Shown here piece after piece: positions 1 through 7,657 of a stretch of DNA of 31,169 nucleotides; within the stretch, counting starts at the first letter, position 1; each line of letters starts with the position of its first letter. This stretch comes from a virus (taxonomy: Duplodnaviria; Caudoviricetes): IMG/VR virus record IMGVR_UViG_3300048576_000577, positions 1-31,169 of that record; one strand, given 5' to 3'. The position numbers and the translations under genes were made by a program. The notes beneath the pieces were generated by a model, which was given only the letters and a program-made list of their open reading frames with translations, had not been told where the DNA came from and ran no database searches.

Positions 1-24
1 GTGAAAGCCCGGAGGGCTTATGAA

Positions 25-67
25 CGAAAGCCCACAGGGCTTTCTCTCGACAGTCGCGCCCTTTCGG
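25..67. repeat. 43-bp direct repeat, copy 1 (contains hairpin GAAAGCCC-ACA-GGGCTTTC)
   Basis: CGAAAGCCCACAGGGCTTTCTCTCGACAGTCGCGCCCTTTCGG is identical to 312-354. Confidence 0.95.
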
Positions 68-190
68 ATTGCGCACCTAACCATATTTATCTTCAAGCCA
101 TTCACGATAAATGTATGGTAGATGCCATACTGAAATTCGCCAGCTTCAGCTGGGTCGAATTTTTCTGTTCGAATCCCAACGATTCAAAAA

Positions 191-226
191 CAGCAAACAC
201 CCATCACATGGATGGGTGTTTTGCTA
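191..226 (-). terminator. Rho-independent terminator after the second tRNA 3'-end remnant
   Basis: GCAAACACCCATC-ACATG-GATGGGTGTTTTGC hairpin with a U-rich tail on the minus strand. Confidence 0.75.
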
Positions 227-246
227 TTGGCGGAGAAGGTTGGATT
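225..246 (-). repeat. Second, shorter copy of the tRNA-Ser 3' end
   Basis: TATTGGCGGAGAAGGTTGGATT vs 428-449 TATTGGCGGAGAAGGTGGGATT (21/22). Confidence 0.85.
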
Positions 247-311
247 TCGCAGTTGCTTCGCATCTGCCGTCCGGCGCTGTCTATCTCAGACAGCTTGGAC
301 CGCTCCTTGTT

Positions 312-354
312 CGAAAGCCCACAGGGCTTTCTCTCGACAGTCGCGCCCTTTCGG
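312..354. repeat. 43-bp direct repeat, copy 2
   Basis: Identical to 25-67. Confidence 0.95.
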
Positions 355-381
355 TTTCGAATCCCACCCGTGATTTACGAA

Positions 382-430
382 ATAAAAAAGCGGGGTTGTG
401 CACATTTTGTGCACAACCCCACTTTTTTAT
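382..430. terminator. Bidirectional rho-independent terminator downstream of the tRNA 3' end
   Basis: AAAAAAGCGGGGTTGTGCACA-TTT-TGTGCACAACCCCACTTTTTT. Confidence 0.9.
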
Positions 431-489
431 TGGCGGAGAAGGTGGGATTCGAACCCACGTGAGGTTGCCCTCAAACTGATTTCGAGTCA
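431..489 (-). tRNA. 3' fragment of tRNA-Ser(CGA), from anticodon arm to CCA; prophage att core
   Basis: Minus strand TGA-CT-CGA-AA-TCAGT, long variable arm TGAGGGCAACCTCA, T-arm GTGGGTTCGAATCCCAC, end CTTCTCCGCCA. No normal D-arm or 5' half. Confidence 0.88.
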
Positions 490-573
490 TCATTTTCGAA
501 TCACTTCTCATTTTAACCCAGTTTACTTTCGTTGATATTTCAACGTTTTTTATGTCTTATTTTTTATATCAGC

Positions 574-759
574 TTAAGCGAATTCACATAATTTTATAAA
601 GTCTGTGAACAATCTGTGAACAACGACCTTATTTTCTTCTTCAACACTGTCGCTCAAATCATCTTTTATGTCATTCCAAGAAGATGCCGTTTCTTCTTGA
701 AGCATCAATAATTTTACAGGTCCAAATTCTTGATCACTGTAACTACCAATCAAATCCAT
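574..759 (-). CDS. Small acidic hypothetical protein (61 aa)
   Basis: GGAGG RBS before ATG at 759 (MDLIGSYSD...). Confidence 0.65.
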   Translation of the reverse strand: MDLIGSYSDQEFGPVKLLMLQEETASSWNDIKDDLSDSVEEENKVVVHRLFTDFIKLCEFA

Positions 760-869
760 GACCGATCCTCCATTCAAAACCGTTCAATATGTTTCCCTTT
801 TAAAGATTCCCCCAAACACGCTTTTCCAAATCATTCTTTTTACTCACTATTCATAGAATACCTCCTGCA

Positions 870-911
870 TATCAGCTACTTCGCTGAATTTAATCAGCTA
901 AGTAGCTGATA
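870..911. promoter_or_regulatory. Double palindromic operator overlapping a leftward promoter; probable XRE binding sites
   Basis: 18-bp inverted repeat with 1 mismatch; each arm is itself TCAGC-N6-GCTGA. Minus-strand TTGGTA(915-910)-17-TAAATT(892-887). Confidence 0.7.
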
Positions 912-964
912 CCAAAATTATCTAATCTTATATATAATTGGGTAATAGCAAGGGAGATATGATC

Positions 965-1165
965 ATGGTATTGAGATGTAACCTAAAAGAATTAAGAGAG
1001 TACGCCCGTATGACTCAGGCTGAACTGGCCTTAAAATCGGATGTCCATATCAATATGATCAGTGATTATGAGAACAATCGATCTACCCCGACTATTTACA
1101 CATTATGGAGGCTGGCACTCGCTTTAGATCGCAAGGTTGACGAAATCTATAGTGTAATAAAGTAG
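965..1165 (+). CDS. XRE-family HTH transcriptional regulator (66 aa)
   Basis: LKELREYARMTQAELA...ISDYENNRSTPTIYTLWRLALALD is a typical HTH_3. RBS GGGAG at 952-956, TATAAT at 933-938. Confidence 0.92.
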   Translation: MVLRCNLKELREYARMTQAELALKSDVHINMISDYENNRSTPTIYTLWRLALALDRKVDEIYSVIK

Positions 1166-1182
1166 GGAGTCAGCCGAATTCA

Positions 1183-1211
1183 AGGGTATCACCGGAAAGT
1201 TTCCGAATCAA
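1183..1211 (-). promoter_or_regulatory. Sigma-A-type promoter antisense to the XRE gene
   Basis: TTGATT-17-TACCCT with extended TG; same core as the promoters at 28841 and 30176. Confidence 0.55.
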
Positions 1212-1228
1212 TGTTACAATTTGTAAAT

Positions 1229-1256
1229 TGTCGAAATCTACACGAATATTGTCGAA
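1229..1256 (+). promoter_or_regulatory. Tandem Spo0A boxes
   Basis: TGTCGAA at 1229-1235 and 1250-1256, degenerate ACACGAA at 1240-1246, all intergenic. Confidence 0.55.
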
Positions 1257-1267
1257 ATTGAAACTAA

Positions 1268-1305
1268 AGAAATAAAAGCTCCCGGATCTTCTCCTGGGAG
1301 CTTTA
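1268..1305 (-). terminator. Terminator of the late/lysis operon
   Basis: Minus strand AAAGCTCCCAGGA-GAAGA-TCCGGGAGCTTTTATTTCTTT. Confidence 0.85.
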
Positions 1306-1314
1306 CTATTTATA

Positions 1315-1647
1315 TTATGTATTTGTACTTGTTTGCGATTCGTCATGGTCACCGCCGAGACTGTTCCGTGCTATATTATACCAGTCCTGCAGCTTCTCTC
1401 TCAGCGTCTTCTCCGTCACAAACTTCTTCACCCACTTCGGGATCTTTGACCAGACGGCAGCGTATACCTCTTCCATCTTCTCCGTTCCCTCTTCAGTGGC
1501 CATAAGCTTCTCTGCCGAAAGCATCAGCTTATAGGCTGCGACCTGAAGGACCGCCCAGCTCCGGGTATAGACCGCCCAGATCACCATGGCCAGCGATACC
1601 AGCAAGGCACCGATCTCACTACTGTAATTGAGAATAAAATCCGTCAT
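1315..1647 (-). CDS. Putative holin (single N-terminal TM, LL-H-like layout)
   Basis: TM IGALLVSLAMVIWAVY, then AEKLM..GTEKMEEVY; last gene of the lysis cassette. Confidence 0.7.
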   Translation of the reverse strand: MTDFILNYSSEIGALLVSLAMVIWAVYTRSWAVLQVAAYKLMLSAEKLMATEEGTEKMEEVYAAVWSKIPKWVKKFVTEKTLREKLQDWYNIARNSLGGDHDESQTSTNT

Positions 1648-1856
1648 ACCTGTTTTTCCTCACTTTCTTTTTTGATCTTGTTTTTTTCTCTCGTGACCTT
1701 AGACAAGGCCCAAAGTTCTCCAGTGGTAAATGCAAACCAGGCACCGACGAGGGCCGACGGTTCGCTGCTTGTGTGCCAGAACACGATCAGCACTGCTGCC
1801 GCAAAGATCATATTGAGCACGACTATCAGAATCACTATTTTCTTGCTGAATCTCAT
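1644..1856 (-). CDS. Two-TM membrane protein, holin-like
   Basis: Two hydrophobic helices and a basic C-terminal tail; translationally coupled within the lysis cassette. Confidence 0.7.
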   Translation of the reverse strand: MRFSKKIVILIVVLNMIFAAAVLIVFWHTSSEPSALVGAWFAFTTGELWALSKVTREKNKIKKESEEKQV

Positions 1857-2095
1857 GGTTTCGCCTCCAGATCCTTTATGCGGTTATTGGCAACCTTTAT
1901 CTGCTCTTCCTGGACGCAGATGCACTGCTCCACCTTATACATGCGCTCTACGACATTATTGTGCTTGTCCACTTTCGCTTCCAGCTGATCCATGCGATAC
2001 ACGATCAGGCTGTTTGATTTTTTAATTCCATAGATGCTGCCGGTGCAGGTACCAGCCAGAGCGATCACCGCCACAATTATTGAAGTCCAGTCCAT
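1853..2095 (-). CDS. TM + coiled-coil lysis-cassette protein (XhlA-like)
   Basis: GGAGG RBS before MDWTSIIVAVIALAG; LIVYRMDQLEAKVDKHNNVVERMYKVE. Confidence 0.75.
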   Translation of the reverse strand: MDWTSIIVAVIALAGTCTGSIYGIKKSNSLIVYRMDQLEAKVDKHNNVVERMYKVEQCICVQEEQIKVANNRIKDLEAKP

Positions 2096-2105
2096 CCATG
2101 CCTCC

Positions 2106-2786
2106 TTACAACCCGAGCTTTTCCCGCAGGGTTTCCCAATATTTATATCCGTACAGGTATTTCGTGGTTTCCGCCGTGAAATCCTTTTTCCCGGCCAGCA
2201 GGGCCTCCGCGAGAGCCACAGCATACTTGTAAGCACCTATGTAATCGATCGTCGCTTCAGCCAGGCCGAATCTTGCCTTCAGAAGCGGGGCGAGATCTAC
2301 TGGCGCCAGCGCCTTAACGGCAGAAACGGCTGCGTCAGATCCAAGCTTCGCCGTCTCGATCGGCTGACCGTGCCACACCTCTCCGATGCTGATTAGCGGC
2401 TTGCAGAGTCCGAATAAGGCCAAATCTTCATTGCTTGCCTTATAGAACGGATGAGACTTGTCCACGTCCACGGCAAGGCAGATATGCTCTCCATGGAAGC
2501 TGTGCCCCGCCCTCTGCGCATTCTTTACTTTATATTTGCCGAGCTTCTTGGTAATCTTATATGTCTGCGCCTCTTCATATAAGATCTGCTGGAAGGCGTC
2601 TGTCCGGATCCCGGTGTTGATCCGCATCTGCTTGACCTTCGTCAGCCCATGTTCATAGCACCATTTCGCGTAATACGCGAGCCTCCCCAGGAACACCCAA
2701 TCGACACCCTCGGTTTCACCGATCAACCATACCGCAGGATCTGCCAGGGGAAATGCTTTACTGCTTAATTTTGATTGCTGAATCAT
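2106..2786 (-). CDS. Endolysin, M15 (VanY-like) Zn peptidase with two C-terminal cell-wall-binding repeats
   Basis: Motifs TGIR, SFHGEHICLAVD (SxH..AxD) and EVWH; repeats GLAEATIDYIGAYKYAVAL / DFTAETTKYLYGYKYWETL. Confidence 0.82.
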   Translation of the reverse strand: MIQQSKLSSKAFPLADPAVWLIGETEGVDWVFLGRLAYYAKWCYEHGLTKVKQMRINTGIRTDAFQQILYEEAQTYKITKKLGKYKVKNAQRAGHSFHGEHICLAVDVDKSHPFYKASNEDLALFGLCKPLISIGEVWHGQPIETAKLGSDAAVSAVKALAPVDLAPLLKARFGLAEATIDYIGAYKYAVALAEALLAGKKDFTAETTKYLYGYKYWETLREKLGL

Positions 2787-2941
2787 TTCGTTACCTCCTC
2801 ACACCCGTGGTTACTGTACGCCTCCGCTGTCGCCAGCTCGTCCCAATCTACGGCGGTCTCTCCGTCCTCCGAGACAGTCTCTCTGAGGATCTGGAATTTC
2901 TGACCACACCTGCAGGTGATATGTGCATATCTTTCGTCCAT
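2783..2941 (-). CDS. Small 52-aa protein with CxC...HxC, absent from the ORF track
   Basis: AGGAGG RBS; MDERYAHITCRCGQKFQILRETVSEDGETAVDWDELATAEAYSNHGCEEVTK; stop overlaps the endolysin ATG (ATGA). Confidence 0.8.
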   Translation of the reverse strand: MDERYAHITCRCGQKFQILRETVSEDGETAVDWDELATAEAYSNHGCEEVTK

Positions 2942-2950
2942 GACAACCTC

Positions 2951-3847
2951 CTATATCCTGTGCAGAGCACTTGTCACTCTGAATACTGTTTGGATCGTGG
3001 CTCCGTTTACATACCGCACCCTGTTATACCTTGCCGTGATCCTCGCCTCAAGCGTCTTGCACTCTCCTGCAGTTACAGCTACCGATGCGACCTGTCTCCA
3101 CGTCGAGTTATCAGTGCTGTCATCTATGTACAGCGTTCCCGCTTGATCAGAGTAAGCCCTTGCCACAAACGTCTCATATCCGATGGTTGAGCCTGCATCT
3201 CTCGACGTACCTGTGTAGGTAGCCGATGCCGCAAGCACTGTGGTGGTGTCTGCGTATGCGGTAGGAGCGACCGTTCCGATATTTGCAGTCGTTGACGTAA
3301 GCGTGACTGCATGAGCCTGAACGGCAGGGATCGGCTCCGTAGCATAGGATCCTGCCTGCAGCATCCAAGTCATGGTGCCGGATGTGTGAGCGGTCGCTCT
3401 GATCCTTATCCACCTGGTAGCGTTCACCGACAATTCCCACCCATATACAGGAGCTGCAGCGAGTGCTCCGGTCGTGGTTTCAACCGTGTTTGCGTTGGTT
3501 CTGACGGCCTGTATCGTGAACCAGGTTCCATCAGCTCCGGTGGTGCTGTCGAGCGAACCCTCAAACGTGCAGTTATGCCCCGCCACTGATCCGCTCGGCT
3601 TGCAATGAAGCACGACGTTCGACATATTGGTCACATCCATTGTTACCGTGCCGCCGGAAGCGGTGATATTCCCCGTAACCAGATCATAGAGCGACGGCTG
3701 CGATGCAACCTTTATCCTGCTCTCGTCGTTCAGGTTGACTTTACTGTTCAGCGTTGACAGGAGCGTATTGAGGGAATCGACAAGAACTCTGACCTCTTCA
3801 ACAGTCTCATCTAGTGCCAGGTTTCCTAAAATATTTTGTAGCGTCAT
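2951..3847 (-). CDS. Tail fibre / receptor-binding protein with two related beta-rich domains
   Basis: T/A/S-rich; repeated S.D...W....A...A....R.R pattern; distal tail position. Confidence 0.65.
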   Translation of the reverse strand: MTLQNILGNLALDETVEEVRVLVDSLNTLLSTLNSKVNLNDESRIKVASQPSLYDLVTGNITASGGTVTMDVTNMSNVVLHCKPSGSVAGHNCTFEGSLDSTTGADGTWFTIQAVRTNANTVETTTGALAAAPVYGWELSVNATRWIRIRATAHTSGTMTWMLQAGSYATEPIPAVQAHAVTLTSTTANIGTVAPTAYADTTTVLAASATYTGTSRDAGSTIGYETFVARAYSDQAGTLYIDDSTDNSTWRQVASVAVTAGECKTLEARITARYNRVRYVNGATIQTVFRVTSALHRI

Positions 3848-4470
3848 CCTTCTTCACCATCCTCTACCCATATCGTTACGCCACCGCCAGCGAGTCCAGT
3901 CTGCACCCACAGATATTCACCGTCCACTGTTGGCGCTTCCGGCTGAATGAAAAGGTTTTGCGGGCCGGCGTCTCCCTTATCCCCTTTATCTCCCTTCAGT
4001 CCGTTTTCACCCTGGATTCCCTGAAGGCCTTGCGCTCCAGTTTCGCCTGCAGGGCCCTGAATGCCTTGTATACCCTGCAAGCCTTGCCCGCCGGTATCAC
4101 CCTTATCGCCTTTCGGGCCGGTTTGCCCGGTCAAACCCTGTATACCTTGAGGTCCTTGAGCTCCGGTGGCTCCAGTATCACCTTTCGGGCCTTGCGATCC
4201 GGTGTCTCCTTTTGGACCCTGTGCGCCCGTTTCGCCCCGTGGACCTGTCGCGCCGGCAGGCCCCTGTATCCCTTGAGGCCCTTGCGCCCCTGTTTCTCCC
4301 CTAGGTCCTAGTGGACCAACGTCGCCCGGATCACCTTCCTCGCCAGGATCTCCTCTGTCACCTTTCGGGCCCGGCATGATAGGCTGAATCTCCATTACCG
4401 CTGGCGCTGCCGTCTCGATTACAACTTCGATTTTTGGCGGCGGCATGATCGTTAAGTTGATATCGCTCAT
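3844..4470 (-). CDS. Collagen-like fibre protein
   Basis: 46 uninterrupted Gly-X-Y triplets (aa 34-171). Confidence 0.92.
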   Translation of the reverse strand: MSDINLTIMPPPKIEVVIETAAPAVMEIQPIMPGPKGDRGDPGEEGDPGDVGPLGPRGETGAQGPQGIQGPAGATGPRGETGAQGPKGDTGSQGPKGDTGATGAQGPQGIQGLTGQTGPKGDKGDTGGQGLQGIQGIQGPAGETGAQGLQGIQGENGLKGDKGDKGDAGPQNLFIQPEAPTVDGEYLWVQTGLAGGGVTIWVEDGEEG

Positions 4471-4778
4471 TCGTGCGTCACATCCTTTTCAACCGAAATG
4501 AACAATGTCCTAGATGATGTCGTTACATCGTTATCCGTATATTCGAAATCCGTCTCAAGAACATCAACAGGCCAGTCCTGGGTATCAGCTACCTTAAAAA
4601 GATATGTCCCTGCCGTCGACGTTTCGGAAATATCGACCTCTGTAATTAAATTCCCTGCCGGATCCCTGATCTGTGATTTCAACTTACCCGATGCACCGGT
4701 AATCGGATCTCCGTCAGCGTCCTTAAACGGTACGGTATATTGAAATGTATCTCCTCTTTTTAAAGTAAAATCCGCCAT
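4467..4778 (-). CDS. BppU-N / Ig-like baseplate or fibre adaptor
   Basis: KRGDTF..TV.F.D..G.PI.....KSQIRD pattern; lies before the collagen gene. Confidence 0.65.
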   Translation of the reverse strand: MADFTLKRGDTFQYTVPFKDADGDPITGASGKLKSQIRDPAGNLITEVDISETSTAGTYLFKVADTQDWPVDVLETDFEYTDNDVTTSSRTLFISVEKDVTHE

Positions 4779-4806
4779 CTCCTACATCCTCCCATAATCA
4801 ATTTTT

Positions 4807-6255
4807 CTATCCATTTTTTTTCGAAGCCTTCCGGATCACATCGATCAATTCCCTCTGCCTGGTATCTCCGGTGACATCGGCCGCAGTATAAGTCTTGATG
4901 ATGCTTCCTTCCTCGATCGTCCCTCCGGAGTCCACGCTCAAGGTTGTCTTTGCAGATCCTGTCAGGAAATCAACCTTGTGACTCACGCCGGTTATTATTC
5001 CAGTCAGGATATATTCCTCATCCCCGGCATCCGTGAGCTCAAGTACATCGCCGGTTGAGATCTCCGGATGAATCGGAATCTCTCGGCTCATGTTGACCCC
5101 GATATATTGATATGCCTTCGCATATTGTGCGGCCAGGGACGTCATATCCGCTTCCGACTGATCATCAAGAACCTTGATATAGAGGGTCCTCCGGTTTCCG
5201 ATGTTCCAGCCGTCAAAATATCCGATATTCTGGTACACGGTCCGAGTAAATGCTTCTGTCGTTTCAGTCGCGCCGATCTGTGACTGCAGGGCGATCCGGC
5301 TATATGCTCCGTCTGCCCTTTGATTGATCCCTCTTGTGAAGCATTCATCGGCTGCGAAGGAATGAGTCGCTACAGGTGCATAGGTTTCGAGAAATGCCGG
5401 CGTCCCTATAACAATCATTCCGCCCGGAGTCTCGATCATCTTCCAGCCCCAGACAGTAAATATTTTATTGAGGCCGTCCCGGATCTTATCCGTTGGATCA
5501 AACTTCGGAGCGGATGCGGTTGAATCCGATTCGATCACAACCTTTGTCATGTCGGCTCCGGAGTATTCCAGGATGGCATAGGTCACCGTTGACCTGGTAC
5601 CGCTGAAGCTGTTCGTCTCATCAAAGCTTTGCTCACTCAGATAGTATCCAATTCCATTTCTGCCGGCGATCCGCATCGATGCGCTGCCCTGCGCCCAGTC
5701 AACTTCATCAAGGTATATCATGGCCAGATACATCTTCTGGCTGTCCCCCATCCCCAGTTTCAAGACAATCCTGGATCCCGGTGCAAATATAGACGTCTTC
5801 CGATTCAGCTCCTCTTCACCGATATTTTTAACAACAAATCCAGCATCCTTGATCTGGTTCTCGCTCTGCTCTGAAGTATCAAAACTTTCAAGTCTTGGGG
5901 TCAAATCCTCATAGTATTTATACCGGAAAAGGTAAAAACCCGCGTCGACCGCAGGTGTTGGGAATCGTCCCGTCTCGGCATCAACATCCTCGGGAATAAT
6001 CCCGACTGCCCAGACTTCGCCGTTGTAATTGTGTCGTGGGACGAACTGCGAAAGCCCGAAGTTTCCGATCCGGAGATTATTAGCAAAGTCACAGTCAAAC
6101 CACCGGCCCAGGAGCACCTCTTCATAGGTGCTGATCAGGGCATCGTCCGTATCCCGGATTATAACCGCCTGCGCTGCCGTATCGAAATATTCAAAGGTCC
6201 CGCCGACATTTCCGAGCCTCGCATCATCCAGAAATCCCTCCCATGTAAGCGCCAT
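4807..6255 (-). CDS. Tail tip / baseplate hub (Tal-like) protein
   Basis: C-terminal hub-like PEISTGDVLELTD..GIITGVSHKVDF..TTLSV; GAGGAGG RBS. Confidence 0.6.
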   Translation of the reverse strand: MALTWEGFLDDARLGNVGGTFEYFDTAAQAVIIRDTDDALISTYEEVLLGRWFDCDFANNLRIGNFGLSQFVPRHNYNGEVWAVGIIPEDVDAETGRFPTPAVDAGFYLFRYKYYEDLTPRLESFDTSEQSENQIKDAGFVVKNIGEEELNRKTSIFAPGSRIVLKLGMGDSQKMYLAMIYLDEVDWAQGSASMRIAGRNGIGYYLSEQSFDETNSFSGTRSTVTYAILEYSGADMTKVVIESDSTASAPKFDPTDKIRDGLNKIFTVWGWKMIETPGGMIVIGTPAFLETYAPVATHSFAADECFTRGINQRADGAYSRIALQSQIGATETTEAFTRTVYQNIGYFDGWNIGNRRTLYIKVLDDQSEADMTSLAAQYAKAYQYIGVNMSREIPIHPEISTGDVLELTDAGDEEYILTGIITGVSHKVDFLTGSAKTTLSVDSGGTIEEGSIIKTYTAADVTGDTRQRELIDVIRKASKKNG

Positions 6256-6270
6256 GATCACACCTCCTCG

Positions 6271-7644
6271 TCAGTAAGATAAGCCTATCTTATAAGCAAT
6301 GTTCTTGATCAGTTTGTCGGAATTTTTCGCGATGCAATCCGGCTGATATGACATCGTGACTGTGGCACCTGAGCTCGGAGCAGCATTGAAAACGATATCT
6401 CCACCGCCGAAAGTCCACGTTACCTGTGACGCCATACTTAGATCGTCCGTCCGTCCGTTATCCCTCCAATATTTATAATTTTGATAGGCCAACGGAATGT
6501 TGTATGTCGTGTTGTAGGTGATATTACTTAGGAAAGTCCAATTCGTTCCATCGTTTGAAACATAAAGAGCCGTGTTATAGTTCACATTTTTAAAGCTCAA
6601 GATCGGTCTTCCGGAACAATTTTCCACGACTCCCGTAAATCCGTTCAGCGTGTTTCTGCGTCGCATTTCCGTTAAGGCTGCAGCTTTTGCCGGCTTGTTG
6701 TACATCGGTGTAAAATCGGTCGTTTCGACATCGTTAACGTAGACGTGCAAGGTGCCGTTGTTCTTAACCCACCCGAAAACTGAATTGAATTCCTTTGTCG
6801 AACCGTCGCCGGTTCCGACGACCTCTTTTACGATAACGGATTGAGTGAATAGATCGTTTGGAAGTGGGATCTCAAGCGTATTGATTCTGACACACCGGAT
6901 TCCTCCGGATAAATTTGCTTCGCTGGCTTGAATAGTGCCGTAGGTATAATTTCTTAATTTGTTTGCGGCGTCTGCGGTCCATGAAGCCGTAAAAGTTGCC
7001 GTGCCTTCAGAAATTGGGCTATTGTCCGCAGCTTCTTTCCATGACCGATCTTTGCGGCAGTTTGAAAATACCATGGATCCAAAGCTATTCAAAAAATTAA
7101 CTGAATCGTCATAGTACCAATTCGTCGCCCCGAGTCCGAATTTAAACCCGCTGATCGTTTCCGGGATTGTCAAATATACCGTTGCGTATATCGTGACCAC
7201 CATGGTATCCGTTTTCGCAATTTCAAGCGGGTTTCCGTTGGCGTCCTGCAGCAGCGCTCTCGTCCATGCGTCAATCCCAACCTCTCTGAATGTCTGGCCG
7301 ACATATGACGAAGCAGCGATCACCCATGATCCAGTAAAAGTAATTATGCCTGTCCCTCCAACTGCATATTGGGTAGTGCTTTTCGTCAATGTCACGCTTC
7401 CCGTCCCAATCAAAGCCTGCAGCCCCGTTTGAGAAGCGTCGGGCGCGGCACTGCTTGATCCGATCTGGATATTATTAAATCCGTTTCCGGTGTCGCCCGT
7501 CGTGATCATCGCAGAATAAAATTTATTTAATACGATGTTCTCGGCGTATCCTCTTTCGATCAGCTCGCCCGATTCTGCGTCCCTGCATTCAATAACGAAA
7601 AAATTGTGCAAATCAACCGGCATTCTTACATCTAATGATTCCAT
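6271..7644 (-). CDS. Tail or baseplate protein with a variable insert
   Basis: ENIVLN..IQIGSSSAAP..QTGLQ...FREVGI...TRALLQDANGNPLEIAKT; GTGDGSTKEF module. Confidence 0.7.
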   Translation of the reverse strand: MESLDVRMPVDLHNFFVIECRDAESGELIERGYAENIVLNKFYSAMITTGDTGNGFNNIQIGSSSAAPDASQTGLQALIGTGSVTLTKSTTQYAVGGTGIITFTGSWVIAASSYVGQTFREVGIDAWTRALLQDANGNPLEIAKTDTMVVTIYATVYLTIPETISGFKFGLGATNWYYDDSVNFLNSFGSMVFSNCRKDRSWKEAADNSPISEGTATFTASWTADAANKLRNYTYGTIQASEANLSGGIRCVRINTLEIPLPNDLFTQSVIVKEVVGTGDGSTKEFNSVFGWVKNNGTLHVYVNDVETTDFTPMYNKPAKAAALTEMRRRNTLNGFTGVVENCSGRPILSFKNVNYNTALYVSNDGTNWTFLSNITYNTTYNIPLAYQNYKYWRDNGRTDDLSMASQVTWTFGGGDIVFNAAPSSGATVTMSYQPDCIAKNSDKLIKNIAYKIGLSY

Positions 7645-7657
7645 TTGATAAACCTCC

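Noticed and set aside
25-354. 43-bp repeats as a CRISPR array
   Set aside because: Only two copies, 244 bp apart, and no cas genes.
431-510. Intact functional tRNA-Ser gene
   Set aside because: No D-loop GG, broken anticodon stem and mismatched first pair; best read as the att remnant.
1-511. ORFs 1-462, 111-479 and 281-511
   Set aside because: They run across tRNA fragments, terminators and repeats, with no RBS or protein motif; spurious.
1170-1352. 60-aa minus-strand ORF after the holin
   Set aside because: Crosses the terminator and regulatory sites; the region is better explained as non-coding.
3958-4371. Nucleotide tandem repeats in the collagen gene as a separate repeat element
   Set aside because: Fully explained by Gly-X-Y coding.
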